Source: an uncultured Gemmatimonadales bacterium (GTDB lineage Bacteria; Gemmatimonadota; Gemmatimonadetes; Gemmatimonadales; GWC2-71-9). From it: 64,000 bases of DNA. Made by a program: the position numbers and the translations under genes. The first letter of the stretch is position 1. Each line of letters begins with the position of its first letter. Below, piece by piece: positions 53,859 through 61,985 of this stretch. The notes below the pieces were generated by a model. It saw only the letters and a program-made list of their open reading frames with translations. It had not been told where the DNA came from and searched no databases. Where the stretch lies: assembly GCA_963795085.1 (NCBI GenBank), contig CAWCFX010000002.1:1-64000 (forward strand). The letters are read 5' to 3'.

Positions 53859-54452
53859 CTAGTATCGGACTCCCAGCTTGGCCAGCGCTTCGGGCGGGCA
53901 GCCGTTCCACTCGGTCACGAATGTGTTGCCGCGGTACTGCAGGTCGGCCACGCCGAGCTTGCTGGAAAAGAATGCCGATGCGGTCATGTCGCGGAAGCGG
54001 GTGAAGAACTCGACGCCGTGGCTCAGCTCCGGTTTGGCCTTCGCCGGGTAGGCGAGGTCATCGAGCAGGGCGGTCTGCTCGGCCGGAGTAGCGGACCCGA
54101 ACGCCTTGCCCGTGCGCCGCCGCATCTCGTTGTCCATCCAGGCCAGCCCTCCCCGCACGGCGACCTGGTTATCGGGATATTCGCTCAGGATGTAGTCGAT
54201 GAACTCCGGTGCGGCGGCGTCGGACGCGCTGCCCGACCGCTCGTCCCTCGGGATGATCAGGTCACCCAGCACCCGGACGGTTTCGAACTCCTGGGGCGTG
54301 AAAAACTTGAGGTCCGCCGGGGCCGGGGATGCCTGGGCCCGTACGGCCGCCGCCCGGGCCCGTGCGACGGCATCCGGCGACCAGTTGAGCGCGGTAGTAA
54401 GGGGGACCGCCGCCAGGATTCCCAATAGGTCCCGCCGTTTCATGCCCGCCAT
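53859..54452 (-). CDS. Gluconate 2-dehydrogenase subunit 3 family protein (Tat)
   Basis: KRRDLL, IIP.D..SGSA.DA..PEFID. Confidence 0.82.
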   Translation of the reverse strand: MAGMKRRDLLGILAAVPLTTALNWSPDAVARARAAAVRAQASPAPADLKFFTPQEFETVRVLGDLIIPRDERSGSASDAAAPEFIDYILSEYPDNQVAVRGGLAWMDNEMRRRTGKAFGSATPAEQTALLDDLAYPAKAKPELSHGVEFFTRFRDMTASAFFSSKLGVADLQYRGNTFVTEWNGCPPEALAKLGVRY

Positions 54453-54480
54453 GTCGTGCCCCCTGGATGATCAGATCAAA

Positions 54481-54552
54481 TTCCCTCAATTCCCTCAATT
54501 CCCTCAATTCCCTCAATTCCCTCATTTCCCTCAATTCCCTCAATTCCCTCAA
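54481..54552. repeat. Nonamer tandem repeat (TTCCCTCAA)8
   Basis: Abuts the GMC stop codon; one variant unit. Confidence 0.92.
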
Positions 54553-56271
54553 TTACAAAGCTCCCGCCCGCCGCTGTTCGATGATGTACTCGCTGGTGCG
54601 CATGGAGAGCGCCAGGATGGTCCACGTCGGGTTCTTGTCCGCCTGGGATACGAACGGTCCGCCGTCCGCCACGAACAGATTTTTCACGTCGTGGGCCTGG
54701 CAATGCCGGTTGAGGACGGAGGTCACCGGGTCGTTGCCCATCCGGGTGACCCCCAGCTCGTGGATGATGCTGCCTCCGTTCGCGATGCCGTACCCGTTGT
54801 CCGCGCTTGGCATGGGGGAGAAGACCTGCCCGCCCATCTCGGCAATCAGGGAGCGAAACGTCTCCTGCATGTGCTTGACCTGCCGGTATTCGTGGTCAGT
54901 CCATTTCCAGGTGAAGCGGAGCACCGGGATGCCCCAGCGGTCCAGGACCTTGGGGTCGATCTCGCAGTAGGAGTCGGCGTTGGGAACCATCTCGCCGCGG
55001 CCGGAGAATCCCACGGTCGCGCCGTAGTAACGGCGATACTGGTCTTTGAGGGACTTTCCGTAGCCGCCGCCCTCGGGGTAGCGGTGAATGCCGCCCATGA
55101 AGCCGTAGGCCGGCGGATGGAGCCCGCCCCAGATCTCGACGTGATAGCCTCGCGGGAAATCGAGCGTCTTGTTGTCCAGCCACCAGGGCATGTACAGGTG
55201 CCCGCCCCCGGTGCCGTCCTCGTTGTGGGGAACATGGTCCATCAGTTTGGGAATGAAACCCGCGACATCGGTCCCGGTCGTATCGGTGAGATAGCGGCCC
55301 ACCGTCCCGCTGGAGTTGGCAAGCCCCTGGGGAAACCGGCCTGACTTCGAGTTGAGCAGCAGCCGGGCGGATTCGCAGGCGCTGGCGGCCAGCACCACGA
55401 TGCGAGCCTGCACGTGGAGGTCCTGTCCGGTCGTCTTGTCGATATAGTTGACCCCGGTGGCCAGGCCATCGGGGCCGGTGGTCACCTCCCGCGCCATCGC
55501 GTTGGTCACGAGGGTGAGCTTGCCGGTCTCCCGGGCCGGGAGGATCAGGACGTTCCCGGAGGAAAAATTGGAATTGGTCCGGCACCCTCGCCCACACTGG
55601 CCGCAATAGTGGCACGCGGGCCGCCCGTTGTGGGGCCGGGTCAGAATGGACAGCCGGGAGGGAATGCAGGTGACCCGCATCTTGTCGGCCGCCTGCTTGA
55701 CCATGAGCTCGTAGCAGCGGGGCCGGGGGGCCGGCAGGAAGTTGCCGTCGGGCTCGTTGGGGAGGCCTTCCCGGCTGCCATAGATGCCCACCAGGTCGTC
55801 CACCCGGTCGTAGTAGGGCTTGAGATCGTCATAGCTGATGGGCCAGTCGTCGCCCAGGCCGTCCAGGCTCTTGCGGCGAAAGTCGTTGGGACCGAAGCGG
55901 AGCGAAATCCGGCCCCAGTGATTGGTCCGTCCCCCCAGCATCCGTACCCGGAACCAGTCAAACCGGGTGCCCGGCGCCCGGGTGTAGGGTTCCCCCTTGA
56001 GCGACCAGCCGCCGAGGCCGGCGTCGAACTCTCCGAAGTTGCGTTCCGGCGTGGACGCGCCGCGCCGGGGCGAGTCGTACGGCCAGGTGAGCATCGCGGA
56101 ATCGGTGGCGTTGTCCCACATGACGCCGGCCTCGAGCATGACCACTTCGGCGCCCGCGTCGGTGAGCATCTTCGCGGCCATCCCGCCGCCGGCACCGGAG
56201 CCGACGATGCAGACGTCATAGACCTTGCTATGGGAAGCTCCGGGCATCACGGGTCCTCGTGGCGGTGGCAT
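54553..56271 (-). CDS. GMC family FAD oxidoreductase
   Basis: VGSGAGGG, LGGRTNHWG, C.YCGQC.RGC, IHELG and KNPTWT. Confidence 0.9.
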   Translation of the reverse strand: MPPPRGPVMPGASHSKVYDVCIVGSGAGGGMAAKMLTDAGAEVVMLEAGVMWDNATDSAMLTWPYDSPRRGASTPERNFGEFDAGLGGWSLKGEPYTRAPGTRFDWFRVRMLGGRTNHWGRISLRFGPNDFRRKSLDGLGDDWPISYDDLKPYYDRVDDLVGIYGSREGLPNEPDGNFLPAPRPRCYELMVKQAADKMRVTCIPSRLSILTRPHNGRPACHYCGQCGRGCRTNSNFSSGNVLILPARETGKLTLVTNAMAREVTTGPDGLATGVNYIDKTTGQDLHVQARIVVLAASACESARLLLNSKSGRFPQGLANSSGTVGRYLTDTTGTDVAGFIPKLMDHVPHNEDGTGGGHLYMPWWLDNKTLDFPRGYHVEIWGGLHPPAYGFMGGIHRYPEGGGYGKSLKDQYRRYYGATVGFSGRGEMVPNADSYCEIDPKVLDRWGIPVLRFTWKWTDHEYRQVKHMQETFRSLIAEMGGQVFSPMPSADNGYGIANGGSIIHELGVTRMGNDPVTSVLNRHCQAHDVKNLFVADGGPFVSQADKNPTWTILALSMRTSEYIIEQRRAGAL

Positions 56272-56343
56272 GGGGTGAAGTACTGCGGGCAGTTTCCTAA
56301 TGTAGCATGCGCCGCCCCCGGGCGGAACGCGCCGGAGAGCGGG

Positions 56344-56793
56344 TCAGGCGTCCAGGATGGGGCGGCTCTGTTTCTTTTCTTTCAGCCGCTGTACGTCCTC
56401 GAACCGGTAGACCACCAGCCCGGAGTCGGTGATTTCCACGTCGCCGATGCCCCGCTGCATCAGGGACTCCAGCGACTGCTGGGCGTCCTCCGGAGAGACC
56501 CCCAGTTCACCGACGATCTCGATCACCGTGAGCCGCCCGCTTTTTCGCCCGGCGAGCCGGATGACCTCGGACTCGATTGCCGGCAGGGTGCGGGGTACCT
56601 CCCCGGCCGGCTGGCGCCGCTCCTGCCGGTGCAGGTGAATGAGCCCCCCCGCCGCGGCCGCCGGGATCCCCACCGCGACTCCATACGTCAGGATCGCCAC
56701 CGGCCAGGTCATCGGCGTCTCCGCCAGCGAGAGACCGAGCAACATGAACAGCGCCACCGAGATCAGTATGCCGGCCCCGATCAGCTTCGTCAC
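56344..56793 (-). CDS. Hypothetical membrane protein with C-terminal winged-helix-like region
   Basis: Two TM segments followed by GRLT..E...ELG.S.E.A...L. Confidence 0.6.
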   Translation of the reverse strand: MTKLIGAGILISVALFMLLGLSLAETPMTWPVAILTYGVAVGIPAAAAGGLIHLHRQERRQPAGEVPRTLPAIESEVIRLAGRKSGRLTVIEIVGELGVSPEDAQQSLESLMQRGIGDVEITDSGLVVYRFEDVQRLKEKKQSRPILDA

Positions 56794-56797
56794 GGGA

Positions 56798-57652
56798 TTA
56801 GACGGACAGACCCTTGAGGTACTGGTAGCTGCGCGCCGCGGACGCCAGGGGATCGGCCGGCTGGTCGTGTTCCACAAAGAAGTGGCGGATCCCGGCCTCC
56901 TTTCTATGGGCCAGGATGGCCCCGAAGTCGATGTCGCCCTGGCCCACGTCCACCATCTGGGGGCGATCGCCGCCCTTCTTCATGTCTTTCACGTGGACCA
57001 TCGGGAACCGCCCCGGATAGCGCCGGAAATATTGCATCGGGTCGTGGCCGCCCAGGGTGATCCAGTAGAGGTCCAGCTCGATTCGCACCAGGGCCGGGTC
57101 GGTCTCCGCGAGGAGCAGGTCAAAGGGCACCGGGCCGGCGCCGAGTGAGTGGAATTCGAAGTCGTGGTTGTGATAGGCGAACTCCAATCCTGCATTCCTG
57201 GCCTGCCGTGCGGCCCGGTTGAATCGCTCCGCTACCCGCTTCCAGTCTTCCAGCGTACGCCGGTCCTCTGCCGGCGTCCAGGCGATGACGACGTACTGGT
57301 GCCCCAGCCGGTTGGCGGTGTCGAGCGCGCCCCGCCAGGCCTCCGGGTCCTTCACGGCCTCATACGGCAGGTGCCCGGAGGGGGTCTTGAGACCGACGCG
57401 CTCCAGCACGGACTTTACCTCTTCCGGCGTGCGATCATACAGACCGGCGAACTCGACCTCCTGGTAGCCGATCGCGGCCACCCGCTCCAGGGTTCGCTCG
57501 AAGTTCGAGGCCATTTCGGTGCGCAGGGTGTAAAGCTGGATCCCGATGCGGTCGAGGGTGTCCCGTCCCATGGAGAGTCCGGGGTGCCAGGGAAAGGCGG
57601 CAGCCGCCAGCGCCGTGGCGGAGGTCCGGCAGAAGTCCCGGCGAAAGATCAT
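56798..57652 (-). CDS. Sugar phosphate isomerase/epimerase (xylose-isomerase-like TIM barrel), Tat
   Basis: RRDF, GIQLYTLR, YHNH..EF, ELDLYW, HVKD and VEHD. Confidence 0.88.
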   Translation of the reverse strand: MIFRRDFCRTSATALAAAAFPWHPGLSMGRDTLDRIGIQLYTLRTEMASNFERTLERVAAIGYQEVEFAGLYDRTPEEVKSVLERVGLKTPSGHLPYEAVKDPEAWRGALDTANRLGHQYVVIAWTPAEDRRTLEDWKRVAERFNRAARQARNAGLEFAYHNHDFEFHSLGAGPVPFDLLLAETDPALVRIELDLYWITLGGHDPMQYFRRYPGRFPMVHVKDMKKGGDRPQMVDVGQGDIDFGAILAHRKEAGIRHFFVEHDQPADPLASAARSYQYLKGLSV

Positions 57653-57693
57653 CAGATGGCTCTCCTGGAAGTGGGATCGTCGATCATCACGCC

Positions 57694-57795
57694 GCACTCT
57701 GCAGTCTGCACTCTGCACTCGTACTCTGCACTCTGTACTCTGCACTCTGTACTCTATACTAGTACTCTGTACTCTGTACTCTGCACTCTGCACTC
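57694..57795. repeat. Heptamer tandem repeat (ACTCTGY)n
   Basis: Same unit as 23626-23722; abuts a GMC stop codon. Confidence 0.9.
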
Positions 57796-59479
57796 AGATC
57801 TCGTTCCGCTTCATTGCCCCCACCGCAAACGCGGCGGCCCGGGCGGTCAGCGCCATGTAGGTGATGGAGGGATTCTGGTTGGCCGAGCTGGTCATGCAGG
57901 CGCCATCGGTGACGAACAGGTTGGGAACGTCGTGCGCCTGGTTGTGGCCGTTGAGCACCGAGCTGCGCGGGTCGCGTCCCATGCGGGCGGTGCCCATTTC
58001 GTGGATCGTGCGGCCCGGTGGGTGGTCATCCACAAACGTACGGATGTCCTTGAGCCCGGCGGCATCGAGCATCTCGCCGGCGGTTGCCGACATGTCCTTG
58101 AGCATGCGGCGCTCGTTGTCACTCCACTCGCAGTGAATGCGGAGTGCGGGAATACCCCACTTGTCCTGCACGGCCGGGTCCAGGTCAACCCGGTTGGTGG
58201 GGCGGGGCAGGCACTCCCCAAAGCCGTAGAACCCGAAGGTCCACGGCCCCGGCGTACGGAGCGCCGCCTTGAGCTGGGTGCCGAAGCCGGGGAGGTCATT
58301 GCCGCGGCCCCAACCGGCGCGCCCGCCGCCGCCCTGGAAACCATAGCCCCTGAGGAAGTCGGGATGCTGGTCTTTCACATTGCGGAACCGGGGCAGGTAG
58401 ATGCCGTTGGGCCGCCGTCCGAAGGTCGCCTGGTCTTCCATGCCCTCGAGCCGGCCCGAGGCGCCGCCGCCCATGGTGTGATCCATCAGGTTCCGGCCCA
58501 GTTCGCCGCTGGAGTTCGCCAGGCCCGTGGGGAACCGTTCCGTCCTGGAGTTGAGCAGGATCCGGGTGGATTCGAGGGCGGACGCGCAGAGAAAAACGAC
58601 GCGGGCCTGGTACTCGATCGATTCGCGGGTGTTGGCGTCGATAACGCGGACGCCGGTCGCCCGGTCGCGCCTGGCGTCATAGGTGACGGCTTCGACCACG
58701 CTCCAGGGCCGGAGGGTGAGCCGACCGGTGGCGTACGCCGCCGGCAGGGTGACCCCGACGCTGCTGAAATATGAATGGGTCACGCATCCCCGTTCGCAGG
58801 GCCCGCAGTAGTGGCAGGCGGCCCGGCCCCCATGCGGCTGGGTGAGAATGGCCGCCCGGCCGATCGTCAAAACACGCTCGCCGCCAAAGGAACGCATGAT
58901 TGCTCCCTGGACCGCCTTCTCCGCGCAGTTAAGCGGCATCGGCGGCAGGAACTGGCCGTCGGGAAGCTGGGGAAGCCCCAGCCGTTCTCCGCTGACCCCG
59001 ATGAACCGTTCCACGTGGTCGTACCAGGGCGCGATATCGGCATACCGGAGTGGCCAGTCCACCCCGTATCCGTCCCGCGCGTTGGCCTCGAAATCCAGGT
59101 CGCTCCAGCGATAGACCTGGCGCCCCCACATGATCGAACGCCCCCCGACCTGTCGGCCCCGGATCCAGGTAAACGGCGTGGTGGCATCGAAGGTGTAGGG
59201 GTTCTCCCGGTCGTTGACGAAGAACTTGTGGCCCCATTCGTCGCAGGCGTAGCACTGCTTCTGGATGAACTGGTCCCGCTCCAGCTCTTCCCGGTTGCCG
59301 AACCCGCGGAACCGCAGGTCCCACGGCGGGACGTGTTCGACATAGTCGGCGGGGGTCGTCGGACCACCCGCCTCGAGCACCAGGGTCCGGAGTCCATGTT
59401 CGCAGAGTTCCTTGGCGGCCCATCCCCCGCTGATGCCGGAACCCACCACGATCGCGTCGTAGCTCTCCCGGCCGCTCAT
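57794..59479 (-). CDS. GMC family FAD oxidoreductase (glycoside 3-dehydrogenase-like)
   Basis: VGSGISGGWAAKEL, VGGRS.MWGRQ, IHEMGTARMG and QNPS.TYMALTARA. Confidence 0.9.
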   Translation of the reverse strand: MSGRESYDAIVVGSGISGGWAAKELCEHGLRTLVLEAGGPTTPADYVEHVPPWDLRFRGFGNREELERDQFIQKQCYACDEWGHKFFVNDRENPYTFDATTPFTWIRGRQVGGRSIMWGRQVYRWSDLDFEANARDGYGVDWPLRYADIAPWYDHVERFIGVSGERLGLPQLPDGQFLPPMPLNCAEKAVQGAIMRSFGGERVLTIGRAAILTQPHGGRAACHYCGPCERGCVTHSYFSSVGVTLPAAYATGRLTLRPWSVVEAVTYDARRDRATGVRVIDANTRESIEYQARVVFLCASALESTRILLNSRTERFPTGLANSSGELGRNLMDHTMGGGASGRLEGMEDQATFGRRPNGIYLPRFRNVKDQHPDFLRGYGFQGGGGRAGWGRGNDLPGFGTQLKAALRTPGPWTFGFYGFGECLPRPTNRVDLDPAVQDKWGIPALRIHCEWSDNERRMLKDMSATAGEMLDAAGLKDIRTFVDDHPPGRTIHEMGTARMGRDPRSSVLNGHNQAHDVPNLFVTDGACMTSSANQNPSITYMALTARAAAFAVGAMKRNEI

Positions 59480-60030
59480 CCGTCCAGCCGCTCCGTGACA
59501 CACCCGTCATACCGGCCGGGAATAATGGCATACCGCAGTTCTTCCTTCATGCCGGCTTCGGACGTGTAGTAGCCATACAGCGTGAGTCCCTTGATCCGCT
59601 GAAAAAAGTTCCCGGCCGGAGCCCGGCTGGCCTTCAGGGCCTGGAGTTCGTCGTCCATTTTCTGAAGAAGCTCAATCTGGGCGTCTTCGGAGAGTGCCAG
59701 AAAACTTTCCGCCCCGGGTCGGCTCCGGGCGTCCACGTTGGCCAGGCCGGCCATGAACAGGGACCGCTCCTCGTCCCGGTACCATTCGCCCACGATCACC
59801 GCGATGAACTGGGGAACCCCCGCGTCGAGGGCGCCCGGGGTGTCGGTCCGCGGAATGATGAGATCGCTGATGCGGGCCACGGTATCCGCCTGGTGCGTTG
59901 AAAAGGGGCCGAGCGGCCGGCCGGGGTGATAGCGGAGCTGCCGGGAGGCTGCCCAGAGCCGTTCGGGCCGGATGGTCGCGAGAATGGCGCCGGCACAGGC
60001 AACAGTGGCAAGGAGGTCGCGTCGGTTCAT
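59476..60030 (-). CDS. Gluconate 2-dehydrogenase subunit 3 family protein (Tat)
   Basis: NRRDLL, IIPRTDTPGA and GYYTSE.G. Confidence 0.85.
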   Translation of the reverse strand: MNRRDLLATVACAGAILATIRPERLWAASRQLRYHPGRPLGPFSTHQADTVARISDLIIPRTDTPGALDAGVPQFIAVIVGEWYRDEERSLFMAGLANVDARSRPGAESFLALSEDAQIELLQKMDDELQALKASRAPAGNFFQRIKGLTLYGYYTSEAGMKEELRYAIIPGRYDGCVTERLDG

Positions 60031-60076
60031 TACGCCGGCCAGGGGAGGGATGTCATTTCAACATAACCAGGCGGCA

Positions 60077-60553
60077 TCATCCCGGCTGCCTGGTGGCGGC
60101 CGGGACGCCCCGCACGAAGCCGATGTAGTCGGTGGCCGCCGGAACCGCTCCCCCTTCGCGCATGGCCCTGGCGATCTGTCCCCGGTGATAGGCCCCGTGG
60201 AGGCAGACGTGGAGCAGGATATCCTCGATGGAGGATTCGAATGCCTGGCCGGCGGAATTCCGGTATGGTACCATCCGGTCGAAGCCTGATGGGGTGTGCT
60301 CCACCAGCCTCTGGAATGCGGCGAGGTTTTCCTCTGCCAGCCGAACGCACTGCTCCACCGTCAGATCAGGCCAGACCGCGATGCGCGACTCCCGTCCTTC
60401 GATCCTTCCCAGCCAGACGTGCTCGGCTCCCAGGACGTGTGCCAGGAGGTCAATCCACCCCGGGTCCGGTTCCTGGGCCCGCGCGAGGGCGGTCAGCACC
60501 TCCCGATCGGCCCAGCCGAGGTGGGCGAAAAGCCTTGAGAAAGCGACGGACAT
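60077..60553 (-). CDS. DinB family protein
   Basis: H..WA, H...AE..WL.RI and H..YHRGQ. Confidence 0.85.
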   Translation of the reverse strand: MSVAFSRLFAHLGWADREVLTALARAQEPDPGWIDLLAHVLGAEHVWLGRIEGRESRIAVWPDLTVEQCVRLAEENLAAFQRLVEHTPSGFDRMVPYRNSAGQAFESSIEDILLHVCLHGAYHRGQIARAMREGGAVPAATDYIGFVRGVPAATRQPG

Positions 60554-60659
60554 GCCGATAATCCTTGAGGAGGGGGGGTGTTGGGCCCGCGCCTTGCCTT
60601 TCCCGCGCCGGTAACCCATTCTCCAGCTAAGGCTTACCTCGACTTGAGGGTCCTGCTCA

Positions 60660-61712
60660 GTGACGATAAACCTGCACGACTCCACCCAGGCCCGGATCCT
60701 GATCGTCGATGACGAACAGGGGAATGTGGACGTGCTCTCGCGGATGCTCAAGGCGGCGGGGTACCAGACGGTCGTCGGCACCACGGACTCCACCCGCACC
60801 GTCCCGCTCCTCCACGAGTTCAAGCCGGACCTGATTCTCCTCGACCTCACCATGCCGGAGATGGACGGGTTTGCCGTGCTGGACCAGCTGGCGCCGCTCA
60901 TCCCGAGGGACATGTATCTCCCCATTCTCATCCTGACGGGTGACATCCGCTTCGAGGCTCGCCAGCGGGCCCTTTCGGATGGAGCCAAGGACTTCCTGCT
61001 CAAGCCCTTCGACATGACGGAGGTGCTGCTCCGGATCAAGAACCTGCTGGAGACCCGGTTTCTCTACCTGCTGCTCCAGGAGCAGAACCAGACGCTCGAA
61101 TCCCGGGTGGCGGCGCGCACCCGCGAGCTGGAGGAGGCCCGGGTCGAAGTGCTCCAGCGGCTCTCCGACGCCGCCGAGTACCGGGACGACGACACCGGGC
61201 AGCACACCAAGCGCGTCGCGGCCATTGCCGTCGCCATCGGGCGGAAGATCGGACTCCCCGGCGACACCCTGGACCTGCTTCGCTGGTCCTCGCCGCTGCA
61301 CGACGTGGGGAAGATCGGCATTCCCGACGGAGTCCTGCTCAAGCCCGGCCGGCTGACGGACGGGGAGATGGAAGTCATGAAATCCCACACCACCATCGGG
61401 GCCCGGATCCTCATGGGCGGGCGCTCTCCCCTGGTGCAGATGGCCGAATCGATCGCCCTCAACCACCATGAGCGCTGGGACGGAACCGGGTATCCCCGGC
61501 AACTGGCCGGGGAGGCGATCCCGCTCGAGGCCCGGCTGGTGGCGGTCGCCGATGTCTTTGATGCGCTGACCCACGCCCGGCCCTACCGGGCGGCCTGGAC
61601 GGTCGAGGCGACCCGGGCCGAAATCCTGGCGGGAGCCGGGAAGCATTTTGACCCGGAGATCGCCAACATTTTCCTCAACCTACCCATGAGCGGGAGGGCC
61701 TTGGCGTCCTGA
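60660..61712 (+). CDS. Response regulator with HD-GYP domain
   Basis: REC (ILIVDD, LLD..MP.MDG, KP) plus LHDVGKIG and HHERWDGTGYP. Confidence 0.93.
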   Translation: MTINLHDSTQARILIVDDEQGNVDVLSRMLKAAGYQTVVGTTDSTRTVPLLHEFKPDLILLDLTMPEMDGFAVLDQLAPLIPRDMYLPILILTGDIRFEARQRALSDGAKDFLLKPFDMTEVLLRIKNLLETRFLYLLLQEQNQTLESRVAARTRELEEARVEVLQRLSDAAEYRDDDTGQHTKRVAAIAVAIGRKIGLPGDTLDLLRWSSPLHDVGKIGIPDGVLLKPGRLTDGEMEVMKSHTTIGARILMGGRSPLVQMAESIALNHHERWDGTGYPRQLAGEAIPLEARLVAVADVFDALTHARPYRAAWTVEATRAEILAGAGKHFDPEIANIFLNLPMSGRALAS

Positions 61713-61985
61713 GTGCGCCAGGTTGGCCACAGTGTAGCGTCCGGCCAACATAGAGTGCAACACCTTTCCTGGCCCGCTCTACCATGTTGTTACATCGCAA
61801 GGGGTTCCTCGCTATTCGACGGAGTCGCCCGCGGCCTGGTCCATGCGATAGCCTTGAACGGTATTCCAGAAAACAGGGCTGTATCTCATGCTCGGCCCCG
61901 CTTGTGGCGTCCAGTCCGCAGCGCTGGATGGCGGGCATAGGTCGTGCTCCCTTACCCTGTCTACTTCATATCCCGGATTGAACCT

